DNA of 64,000 bases, taken from Eledone cirrhosa. Its lineage: Eukaryota. The stretch covers positions 394,010,001 to 394,074,000 of the forward strand of contig OZ024740.1 of assembly GCA_964016885.1 (NCBI GenBank), given 5' to 3'. Position 1 is the first letter of the stretch, and the number at the start of each line of letters is the position of its first letter. Made by a program: the position numbers and the translations under genes. Positions 26,994-39,210 of the stretch are shown here, piece after piece. The notes below the pieces were generated by a model, which saw only the letters and a list, made by a program, of their open reading frames with translations, had not been told where the DNA came from and did not search any database.

Positions 26994-26999
<6 letters not shown>
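25561..26999 (+). mobile_element. Inverted continuation of the 310-bp retrozyme array, ~4.6 units (5 HHRs on the plus strand)
   Basis: Exact reverse complement of the left run; gtagtc-CTGATGA-tttctaacgagaat-GAAA-cgcg-TA-gattac at 25586-25628 and every +310. Confidence 0.9.
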
Positions 27000-27024
<25 letters not shown>

Positions 27025-27101
27025 TAGTAAATTTGAAGATTAAAATCCAAAGAGGGCTCGATAAGGATAAATATATATCAAATATATAAAACCGTAGAGC
27101 A

Positions 27102-27194
<93 letters not shown>

Positions 27195-28004
27195 ATAAAG
27201 AAAATGTGTTTCGTTGTAGATGCTAAAGAGTCCTTTATTAATAAAGCTGTGATACATATTCCAATGAAGATCATGTAACCCGTCACGCGATCATCAGACA
27301 CCATCATTATGTAACAGCGCTACGTTTTCGAGGCAATCCAAAGATGAAAAGGAAGGGAACGGACAAAAATATTATTTTCGTAGCTTATATACACCCGTAT
27401 TTGTTGTTATATTGGGGGATAGGAATTCTGTCAGTATTACCAATAAAAAACACACGCCATATCATTTTGACCTTATCTTTATTAGTTATTGGTTAGTTTG
27501 TCAACATTCTTTCGTCACACATTTCACGACCTCTTCAATGACTATTTGTTCTCTTTTGTCTTTATCTGTTGCTCCATCTTGTCATTTTTTTCTTTTTGTG
27601 GTATGTTTTTGTGTTTCGTGTCTGCGCATGCACCTGTGTAGGTGTTGTGTCTTTGTGTTTGTTATGTTTATGTATATTTTATGTGTGTGTGTGTGGGGGG
27701 GTATCTTTAACTGTTTGTCAACAACAGAGACACCACCACCACCACCACCACCACCACCATCACCAACAACAACAATAGCAATAGTGATGGTGATAGAAAC
27801 GAACACACAAACACAGAAAGAAACAACTATAGCAGCATTACACACTGGGGTAAAGGAAATGCTAAGTTAGCGAGGGAAAGGGTTACAAAGACTAAACGTA
27901 GAGACAACACAAACCCACGCATAGGGAATAACAGAAAGGACTCCATCAACAACGCACACACAGACAACTTCACCACCATCGCCAACACCACCACCATCAG
28001 CAAG

Positions 28005-28415
28005 AATTGTTTCTAGTTTTGGCACAAGGCCAGCAATTACCCCAATGCATTTCTGGTACTTTATCTTATCGACCCAGCAAGGATGAAATGAAAGGCAAAG
28101 CCAACATCGGCGGGACTTGAACCCAGAACGCAAAGGGCCATAACTCTATGCTGCAGAGCATGGTGTCTGACGCTCTACCAATACTGCCAATCAACCGCAT
28201 TTATTAATATAATTAATAATAATGGTTTCTTATATAGGCACAAGGTCAGCAATTTTGGGGGAGGAGAAAGTCGATTAAATCGACTCCAGTGCGTGACTGG
28301 TACTTTATTTTATCAACCCCGTAAGGATGAAAGGCAAAGTTAACCTCGGCGGGATTTGAACTCTATGCTGCAAAACATGGTGTCTGACGCTCTACCAATA
28401 CTGCCAATCCACCGC
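28005..28415 (-). mobile_element. Two tandem tRNA-derived SINE copies
   Basis: Family core sequence present twice. Confidence 0.85.
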
Positions 28416-28439
28416 TCTTATTAATATAATTAATAATAA

Positions 28440-29340
28440 TTACACCCTAAAGCAAATATTAATAGACTATACACGAAGAGAAAGAATGGTAACAGAGGTC
28501 TCATCAGTGTGGATCAATGTATAAGGAGTAAATGGAGAACACTTGTATAATATTTGGTAAAGAGTGGCGAAGAGTTGTTGCAATGTGCAGCAGAAGATAT
28601 GGGTATAAATGCAGTAGGAATGGTTGGAAAGGAAGAATTTAACTAAATATATGAAGAGGAACGAACGGAAGATCTTCTAGTAATCAGAATGTATGTTCAA
28701 TTTGAAAGAATACACAGGATATCAAGGATAAAATATCATAGTAAACATGGCATAATCAAGACGATTTAGAAGGTGCCACTGAACGCCTTATAGTTGCAGC
28801 GCAAGACCAAACTCTTGCTCCAAGTTCCGTGAAGTAAAACATCTACAAATTTTCTGAAATGCAGGCTTTGGGGAAAGAATGTGGAATATGTAATATATTT
28901 GGTAAATGGATGTGAGAGCTTTGGGTAAAAAGAATACAAGCGCTGCCATGATAAAGTTTGTTTATACTTTCATTGGCTTTTGTGTCATAAATACCAATAA
29001 GAAGCCATAAACAATTGGTATGAGCATGTGCCTCGTAAAGTGATGCAGGAGGATGGGAAAGCAACGATGTTCTTGGATTATGATTTTCAAAATGATAGAG
29101 TAATTGAGCATCACCGACCAAATATTCTCGTATTCAACAAGAAAGAGAAATAATGTCAGATCACTGACGTGAGCTCACCAAATAACATGAATATTGCGAA
29201 TAAGGAAATTGAAAAAATCACCAAGTACTCTGAATTGAAATTGGAACTGGCAAACATTTTTAAATGCAAGAGATTAATGTGAAAGTGATACCAGATGTGA
29301 TCAGTAATTAAGGTCAATCTCATTGAAACTTCATAACTTC
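28440..29340 (+). pseudogene. Decayed R4-like LINE C-terminal fragment (RLE region)
   Basis: Remnant motifs AAQDQTL, RHDKV, RPNILV and ITDVSSP across stops and frameshifts. Confidence 0.6.
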
Positions 29341-30730
29341 TTAAAATGACTGGAAATATCATACAAAAGACGGCTTTCGACAATATACCACATTCATGGA
29401 TTTTGAAATCGCTGACCATTTTCAAAATTTCTCCTGTAATTTCAAAGTTTCTTAAATATGAGGTCATTGTGGAACCCGAATCTAAAATTATATCATTCTA
29501 TTGGATTACTAAGTTCAAACAATATTAACATCGTCTGTAGTATCTTTTAAAGTGACTCATTTTCACCTCTAATATTTTACATAGCTCAAATACCCCTTAC
29601 AACCGAACTTAACAGAACAAATTGCGGATATAAAGTTTACAACAGGAAATAAGCCATTAATTTTATATAAATAAGCTAAAGTTTTGTGGGAAAGACAATG
29701 AAGAGCTTGGATGTATTGTCCATACTGTAAAAGCATTCAGTAATGAGATAGGGATTGAGTTTGGGCTTGATAAACGTGCCAAGACCACTTTCAAGAAAGG
29801 GAAATTGATAAACACAAATTCAGTCGAATTGGATGTTGAAATAGTTATAAAAGAACTGGAGCAAGAAGAAACCTATAAATACTTAGGTATAAATGAAGGC
29901 TTCGGCATTCAGTAATATAAAAGAGAAGATAAGGAAGGAATGTTATAGGAGAGTACGAGCAGTTCTGATATCTAAGCTAAATGCACATAACAAGGTGTTA
30001 GCCATTACTCCCTTAGAAGTTTCAATTGTTATTTATAGCTTCAATGTATTGAATTGGAATATCAATGAAAGAAAGAGAATTGACACTAAAATTTGTAAGT
30101 TGCTGACTTGTAATAAGATGCTCCACATACAGGCAGATATGGATCATATTTACCTTCCCAGAACTCAAGAAGGTAGAGGCTTGACCCAATTTGAACTGCC
30201 TTAGAAAACCACCTCAATTGGATTGACCAAATATCTTGGAGCAACAAATGAATGAATGCTGAAACTTGTTGAAAAATATGAGAGCAGTAAGAAGCTTCAT
30301 TCGATCTTAAAAGAGAGCAAACAATTTTCTACTGATCTCATGACTAATATTCAGGCTGGAAAGACTGAGGAAACTGCGGCAACTTTTGTTGCAAAGCATG
30401 TAAAATTAGTGGCTAAGAAAAATGGGATGAACAATGAATATCATGGTGGGATCAGAAACCTCTGCATGGCAAATATGTGGCCCGTATCAAACAAGATAAT
30501 GTTGACCAAAAGCACACCCATCAATGGCTATATAGTTCAGGGCTAAAGGCTGAGAATAAAGGTTTCATCTAAGTTGCCCAAGATCAAATCTTATTAACTC
30601 GCAACTATTAGTCCAATGTAGTGAGAAATATAGTTGATCCAAAGTGCTGATTCTGCAATGAAACAGTGGACTACTTAATCTCTGGATGTAAAGCTTTAAC
30701 ACCAGTAGAGTATAAATCAAGGTATGATGT
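29340..30730 (+). pseudogene. Decayed R4-like LINE RT/C-terminal fragment
   Basis: FGLDK.A, YKYLG, RVRAVLISKLNAHNKVLAI, YLPRTQEGRGL, AQDQ and a C..C.ETVDYLISGC remnant. Confidence 0.7.
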
Positions 30731-30859
30731 GAGTGAAAAATATTTAGAAGAAATTTGTGCAGATACCCGTCGTATATATGTATGTGTGTCTATCTCTATT
30801 TCTATATAAAAGAGAGAAAGAGAAGAAAAATATAGATAGTTGAATTAATATGTAAACAT

Positions 30860-32520
30860 ATGTAAACAATGGGGAATTAGAACATAGAATTTTACATTTG
30901 CTTGAAAAATTTCAAGAGGATTTAAGTAAAATGATTAGAAATAAGAAATTAAAAAAGACTGCTGCATACTAAACTGGATTATTGAAGGAGTAAGATAAAA
31001 CAATTGATAAAACAATTGACAAGTTAAGTATTGCCTGTATAGCCGGATAAAATGAAGGACATTTATACTGTGGATTCTTACAAGAAACTGAAAAGTAATT
31101 ATAAAAAATAGACCATTACTACTAATTTAAATGATATTACCGGAGAAGGTAAGATTATTTAGTTGAACAGCTTGATTTAGATAAATATACTGAGCAAATA
31201 GACAGATAATTCCTATATTTAATTTAAAGGACCATGAGCTAAATATTAATACTCACCAGTCCATTCGGTTAATTAACTCTTCTATATCAGGTCTAGGGCG
31301 AATAAGTAAACAAGAATTAGATAAAGTAATACCATTTGCAAAGAAAAATATAGGTCTTAGTTTTGGGGGCGGCTTGACTGTTTGAAAAATAAGAAATGAA
31401 CTAAATCTTTGCAATTTGATATCAGAAGTTATTATTTTTCATAATCTCTGATTCTACTAAATAAAGCTCTAATCCAAGAAAGAAAGGTTATTATTAAACT
31501 AACCAGTCCTTGCTGTTAGACGCACGTTAATAAAGCGTGATGCATTTTATGGCAGTAGGAAATATAGACAAAAACCTCGGTATAACTATGGGGTCTAATC
31601 GCAGCTCCAGCTACGGATCGTTTTGGGTTGTATATTTTATATAAATTGAAAACTGAATATTCAAATTTGGGAGATGGTTTATATCAGGCATGTCAATAAT
31701 GCGACCCGGGGCCAGCATGCGGCGCTTTACAAGCACACCTGCGGCCCGCACAAAGGTTTTTACAGCGCGAGCAAGTTTTATCTTTGTAAAATTAGTTGTC
31801 ATGTGTGGCCCTCAGACAACACTTATGTGACCCATGTGGCCCTCGGGGAAGCCTCAGTTTGAGATGCCTGGTTTATATAAAGACGACACCCCGTTACCAT
31901 TAAGGATATTAGTCAACCCACCTGAGGGAAAATCAGTAAAAATATGTATACATTTTAAAAGAAATTTAGTTTATCTATTAAAATTGATAAAACATTAAAA
32001 CTGTAAACATATTTGATGTAGCATTAGAATTATGTATCAGGATTTTATAACATTTTATAACTTTATTGCGAATCTACATTATGTATATAGACGTGAAAAG
32101 AACTTGTTCATGGATGATGGCCAGCTTGATGCTGGATGTAAGTCAAGGGGACATACTATCAGTCATTGCCTGAAGAATTCATTCATTGGTCTTTATAAAG
32201 AGATATATTAAAGCAAAAACTTGTCCGTTAAAAACCCATTAAAAATGCATGAGTAATGAGATGCAAAGAAAAGTAATATAAAAAAACGCATGCCATATAA
32301 TCAGTAAATAGTTTGTGTTATTGATTTGGCAGATCCACAGAAAGTTTTGTACTGAAAGCGGAAGGGAAATTCATACTTTGTGACGTTTAGTACTTAGCAG
32401 TATTTTTAATGAATAAATAAGCTCTAAATAGAAAAAGAAAAAAACAGGTCGTAGACTTGTTTTGTGAAGAACCAGTCACATGAATTAATACTAAATAATA
32501 AATTAAAGCTGCCTTATTAT
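30860..32520 (+). pseudogene. Highly decayed Penelope-like RT (GLYxDD type, Naiad-like)
   Basis: Remnants IRLINSSISGLGRISKQELD, LQFDI, LLNKAL, ITMGS; GDGLYKDD is restored when the MITE at 31685-31870 and one TSD are removed. Confidence 0.55.
31685..31870. mobile_element. hAT-type MITE (186 bp)
   Basis: TIRs caggcatgtcaa / ttgagatgcctg; perfect 8-bp TSD gtttatat at 31677-31684 and 31871-31878. Confidence 0.9.
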
Positions 32521-32600
32521 ACCATCTAAATATTTGACATGCTTTGTCAGTGCAGAATATCTATTTATCTATCTATTGTGTTTCTATTTCTCTCTCTCTC

Positions 32601-32656
<56 letters not shown>

Positions 32657-33382
32657 TGAAAAATGGCGTGCTGCGTTGTTGCGAATATGAACATATGAAT
32701 AAAAATAGACCGAGAAACAAGAATGTCCTTCATCAGTAGTCTACTGATTATCATTGGTATTTCTTCGCATTAAAGACTAGATACCTAAAATCAGTGCCAG
32801 CGATAACTAAATTAAGTTATCGGGACAGGAAAACAGAGGAAAGGAAACAAACAACATGGTAGTAATGCAACATAAAGAGAGGAAAAGAGAGACAAGTCAA
32901 TGAATCTTGTCCGACAAATCAAATGACGAGAAGAAACAGACGCGTCCAGTATCTGCACAGGAAGGGAGAGTGCTCTATGTATGCTACATATATAATAAGA
33001 AGATCCCGTTAAGGGTGAAAGCAGCGATTCTTTGCCTGTTATTTTTATAAATATTTGCTCTACGGTTCTTATATATTTGATATATATTTATACTTATCGA
33101 GCCCTCTTTGGATTTTAGTCTTCAAATTTATTATTACTATATATATATATATTTAGATCTAGATTAAATTCATTTGATTTATCTTAATTTTGGATATATA
33201 TATATATAAGTATATATATATATGTATATATATATATACGTATATATATATGTATGTATATATGTATATATCTATATCTGTATCTATCTAAGTATATATA
33301 TATATGTATATATATATATACGTATATATATATGTATGTATATATGTATATATCTATATCTGTATCTATCTATCTATCTATC

Positions 33383-33435
<53 letters not shown>

Positions 33436-33438
33436 CTC

Positions 33439-33514
<76 letters not shown>

Positions 33515-33715
33515 GTATAGGATTATCCTAGATGTAGTAATGGTTAACGTTTTTTCTGCTCTGAGTATACAGTGGTCACAGCATTGGATATTTGAGTTCT
33601 GCAAATAGTTGTAAATTTGCACATAGCATAACTAGGCTGTAGTACCACCGTGGAAACATTTGTAAGCACACGGAATAAATTACCTTTTTATGATGTCTAC
33701 CTGTTATTATTCATT

Positions 33716-33807
<92 letters not shown>

Positions 33808-33813
<6 letters not shown>

Positions 33814-33911
33814 ATATAGAAAAGCTTCTACAGGACTAGAACTGTTTCATTCAATGAGAAATCATTGAATGAAATAGTTCTAGTCCTGTAGAAGCTTTTC
33901 CATATTAAATA
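33808..33911. repeat. ~50-bp-arm hairpin (fold-back of an HHR 3' half)
   Basis: aaaagcttctacaggactagaactgtttcattcaatga-gaaa-tcattgaatgaaatagttctagtcctgtagaagctttt, next to (TA)n. Confidence 0.8.
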
Positions 33912-33981
33912 TTCATACTCTGTTTTGTATATTGAGTACCTTACTTACTGTGGTTATCCTCGATTGAACCCAGGATAAACT

Positions 33982-34133
<152 letters not shown>

Positions 34134-34795
34134 TATATCATATATGGCGTTATTTTAAATTGTTTTAGATATTGAAAATAGAAATTATATTGAAAATCTC
34201 TCGCTGGTTGCGCATAGTTTCATAAATTCACCATAAAATAAGCTATGATAACTGACCCCTATGTCAAATTCCCTGACAACATTGCGTGTGCCTTTACCAA
34301 TATTAGGTATTGCATGTTCTGGAAACACTTCGAATTTCTCTATTTAAGTAAAAACAATCGTTCAAACCCGTAGTCAGACATTTTAATGCACCTGGTCATC
34401 CTTCAACTAACCCGCTTCTTATTGTTCTAAGCGACCTCTACTTGTTTAATGTTAGAAATGTACTAACGTCTATTATAATTCTTTTCTTCCCTTCTCCCTT
34501 CGTGCTTTTCAAGTTTGTTAGTATTGTTGCTGACCATTTAGTTGTCCTTGCTTCTCATCTTTGTTCTCTCCCTTCCTCGTTGGTAAAAGTTGGCAACGTT
34601 CTTGTTGATTATACCCCTACTTTGATCGCTCTCTTCTTACGTCTTTCACGTCATTACCTTTCTTCTTTTCTTTTTATTTCACTTTCTCTCTCTCAATCCC
34701 TCACACTTCTCTCTCTCTCTCCCCTCACTCTCCCCCTCTCTCTCAATCATTCACCCTCCTCTCTCTATCTCCCTCTCTCCTCCCCTCTCTGCCTG

Positions 34796-34831
<36 letters not shown>

Positions 34832-35690
34832 TATATATATATATAAATATATATATATATACGGGGAAACAAAATATATATATATATATATATATAAAAC
34901 AAAGAAAGTGTGGTAAGGAACCAGGTGGACCATAACGCACTAGAGTACTCGATACTTAGGGTAGTAGAGTGGGTAATAGGAAAAGAGTCAGGACCTCGAC
35001 GGCTGAGTTCCGGCCGTTTAGAAAGCTAGATCCGAACTCCGGATTGGAACATTGGAATCTTTGAAAGGACTCGGCTGCTATTTCTAGCTGTCGATAATCC
35101 TATTCACGCCACTGGGATGACGCTGGTACGATGTGTGTAGTTTTAAAAATGCAACACGTGCGACGGGTCATTCGCAGATTTGCATTTGATGTCTAAACAC
35201 AGATAGTTAAATCTTCTCCCTTGCTGAAGATGCGAGGTTTGACTATTGTGAGTTTACGGATTAATGGTGAAATATATTTCTTTAATGAAATATATACAAG
35301 AAAGAGTAATCATTTAAAAAATATTTGAAGTTCGAGTTAAACTTTAATTAGTTACCTACCTAGCTGTGTGTGGTTACACACTTTACAAATTATCCCCTGT
35401 GATTGGTTCATGTGTTCAATTTCTAGTTGATATATATAATTCAAGAGATAAGAGTAACATGGTTGTCTGTACAATAAGGACTTTATTCACAGTGCTGACA
35501 ATTGTTTCTTTGATCTGGTAGGTCTAGAGTTCACTAATCGCTAGATGTTGCGTCAATCGAACTCCAATACTTTGTTTATAACAGGTTAATTCATCAGAGC
35601 AAGCGAATGTGAGGATAATATACAATACTTTTATAGAGGAATGGTATTAGACCAGAACAATAATATCAATAACAAAATAAAAATTGATAT

Positions 35691-37335
35691 TGGAACCGGG
35701 ACTGCGAAAAGCGGCGTCGGCCTACGCCGACGACGTGACAGTAATGGTGTCGAGCACCTCGCAAATCGGGGTGATCGGCACCTTACTGGAGGAATACGAA
35801 AGGTTCACAGGAGCGAAGCTGAACCGGGACAAATCCGTCGGTTTGCAACTCGGAACGTGGTGAGGCAAACCGATGCCTTCCTATGACGTCGTTGGATGCT
35901 GGACGGAAGGACCAGTAAAGCTGCTCGGGGTCTGATTTGGTCCTGACCTCCAGGTGGAGAAGAACTGCAACGAGGTGTCGGCCAAGGTGTTTGCGCTCAC
36001 CCAGAAGTGGGCTGAGTGCAAACTATCCTTGAAAGGTCGAGCGAAGGTGGCGAACACTTTTATAGCGTCCGTCATCTACTACCGCTTGACCGTTGTGCCT
36101 TGTCCAGCCAAAACGCTCACCAAAATGGAGCGCGCGCTCTTCCAATTCCTTTGGAAGAAACGGGCTCCTTTGGTGAGAAGATCCATCTGCTGCCAACACC
36201 CTTCAAACGGAGGGCTGGGGATGTCGTGGCTGACGATGCGCAAACACGCGCTCAGGCTGCGGCGCCTCCACGTGTTCCTCACCAGACAATCGATGTGGGC
36301 CCCGTTCGTGAAGCGAGCCTTCCTACGACTTGTCTCGCTGACCGAGCTGCAAACCTGGGTCAAGCAAAGACCGAGGAAAATGGGCGACTGGCATATCGAA
36401 TGTGCTCATGCGCTCACAGTCCTCTGGCAAACGGACCCGGCGATAAGTGGAGACTCCACTTCGACATTCTATAGAGGGTTGGTTCGCAGCAAGTGCGACG
36501 ACACGCTCGGAGAAACTCTAGACGTAGAGGAGGACGAACTGGCCAGTCTGTTCGGTAGGACCTTCCGCCCGGGACAAATGGACAACTTCCAAAAGTCCCT
36601 GGCCTGGCAGTGCTACCGAGGAGCTCTACCAGTTCGAGACAAGCTCTACAGACATGGGCACCCGGGTAGGGACCCTTCGAAAAAGATCTGTCCGAGATGC
36701 GTGCGCGACGAGGAAACCGTCGCACACGCATTTGTACACTGCCCGTGCGTTACCAACCTGTGGGGCTATGTAGAACGACTATTGTCACGGGTGGGACCAA
36801 TCCAGTTGACTACCGAGTCCATTGTCATGATCAAACCGCCACCCTCCTTCAAAAACGAGGGCGGGGCGGTTTTCCTATGTGTTATGGCTATGGTAAAAGA
36901 GGTTATATGGTGGACGAGGTTAAAAGGGCTGAGGTCAGACACCTTTCTCTCCGTCGAGGAACTGATTCGTTTTTTCAAATATCATTTTGGAAGAAGAATC
37001 AGGATGGAGAGAGAGGTGCTGTACCCCAGAAAATTTTATAAAAGGTGGGTGAATGTGGCAAAGATGGCCCGAGTGGTTGGGCCTTCTCTCTATATAAGCC
37101 TGTAGGTTGAGGAAAAAGAGGAGGAGAGGAAGGGAGTACTCACTCTTGGTGCTCCTGGAGATGAGGGTTGTACATTTATTCGGGGTGTGTACAACCCCTG
37201 TGTAACACCTCCCCCTTATTGGGGATTTCAATTATTATTTGTTATTGTATTAATAGTTTATTTTCATATACCTGTATGTAAACTCTCCATTTGTATTTGT
37301 CCCCTTCTTTTGTGCTCATTTGGCTAATAAAGAAA
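35691..37335 (+). mobile_element. L1/Tx1-like LINE, 5'-truncated (RT C-terminus and zinc-binding region)
   Basis: AYADDVTVMV near 35720; ORF 35954..37105 has LSLKGRAKVAN, FLWK, GGLG and CPRC..ETVAHAFVHC; ends with aataaa. Confidence 0.9.
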
Positions 37336-38428
37336 TTTATCTATCTTTATCTGTCTATATATTTCAATGCTCTCATTTATTTATTCAGTACCACCAGAAA
37401 ATAATTAATATTTGTTTCCTGGGACGAAGATTCCACTTGAAATGTTAGAATGTTTCTCTTCTGTATAACAAGTCAACTTATTTCACCAATTTTCAACAGT
37501 TTATACTCAATAATTGCCGATGCAGACCATCACTATCTCCCTCGAACCCAATTGTTTAATTCTGTATTATTTACATTGATTATTTCTGGCTGGTATAGAT
37601 GTTGGTAGATCCATACAAATTAATATCTATATTATAGAGAGCATTCCCAGTATATGTGTCTTATTAGTGTTTCTTAGCCAATGTACTGTCTTATTAGTGT
37701 TTCTTAGCCAATGTACTGTTATTTTATAACTGTATCTTTGTTAGCTTTTGAATAATACTGTGTTCTGAAGATATGTGACTTGCATAATAAGACATAGCTT
37801 CTATTGTCAATTTGTTAGCTCCGAGACAGTCAGTAAAGCTTACAAATGAATGAAACTATAGTAAAACAAATATTGAATATGGAATCTTTTCAGAATAAAT
37901 TTCACTAGTCTATAACAGATTCTAATACTCATGTTTTGTCTTTTATCCTAATATTGATTTATCCTAAAATTGATTTCTTTGACAAGTTCAAAGCCTCAGA
38001 TTTACAGAGGAAAAGGAATTGAAAGTTGCAGTGTTTGATTCATTAGACCAGTGACATAAATGAAATGAAAAGGCTTAAAATTAAATAGTGAAACCGGGTC
38101 GTAGCTTAGAATAAATAGCCTTCCATCTACCTCTGGTTCAGGTTAGCTCTGATGGAACAAACCAATAATTGAAGGTGTTCCAGCAATGTCTCATATTATC
38201 TGTATAAGGGGATTATATTGTTCAATATATTATTGAATTAAGACGGTAGAGTGTGATTTGGAACAGATTTGGCTGCTGTTTCTAGCAAGTAGAATGGCTA
38301 TGTAAAAAAATCCCTAGCTACCCCAAAACGCTATAGATGTTGCTGTTTATTCTTTTGTTTAGAATGAAGATTGCAAATTAATTACACAAAGATTTGAAAG
38401 TTTGCTCCGGTTTTGATATTGGTCGAGA

Positions 38429-38465
<37 letters not shown>

Positions 38466-38495
38466 GCTGCTGCTACTGCTGCTGCTGCTGCTGCT

Positions 38496-38568
<73 letters not shown>
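38429..38568. repeat. (TAC)n/(TGC)n microsatellite
   Basis: Direct inspection. Confidence 0.95.
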
Positions 38569-38570
<2 letters not shown>

Positions 38571-38879
38571 TAGGTAATAGTATACAATGTTTCAGTTACA
38601 CATTGTAGTTGTTATTATTTTTGTCTACATTTTTAGCAGGTTGAGCGATGATGAAGTGATACCTTAGATTAGTCCTGAGAAGTACGTTGTGTTTCCCCTT
38701 GTGTAGACCTGGGTCAATTCTGTTCCAACAATTACGTGGTTTACAAGCAGTTCACAGAATGGCCAGGCGAGATGCACTCAATTATCTTCACAATTATATA
38801 TCTTCGCCTAACTGAAGACCGAGACTGTGGTCATCCTAGGTCAGCGATCCTAAAGGCATTATCGAGCGTATAGCTGATC

Positions 38880-39210
38880 AGGTCCAGCAGTGATCACCAT
38901 TGCTGGCGGTCCCGTACCAACCTCTCGGCCTCCTCCAAGGTGACCTCGAACCTCTGGAGATCTTCCTTGATGACATCCAGCCATCTGGTACGAGACCTGC
39001 CGCGGCGCCTCTTCCAGTCTGTAGCTGCTGCGTCGAACAAGAGTAAGGCTCTGACAGGATGACTTGGAGGGAGGCAGAGGGCTTGTCCGTACCAGCGGTG
39101 GAGGGCTGTGAGGCGGGATGCTGCGGGCTGATGCGTGAGCGCACGCAACTCTCTGTTAGAAATGTGGTTGTACCATCTGATGTTCTCGATGGTCCTAAGG
39201 ACTCTGTTTG
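38880..39210 (-). pseudogene. RTE-like LINE C-terminal fragment (a different family)
   Basis: LRTIENIRWYNHISNREL...RWYGQ...KRRRGRSRTRWLDVIKEDL. Confidence 0.8.

Noticed and set aside
22873-26999. CRISPR array or plain satellite interpretation of the 310-bp repeat
   Set aside because: There are no unique spacers or cas genes; the embedded HHR, inversion and conserved sister family fit a retrozyme better.
32700-32745. Minus-strand CTGATGAAGGAC motif; similar partial motifs at ~11805 and ~35590
   Set aside because: The GAAA core or stem I is missing, so these were not called ribozymes.
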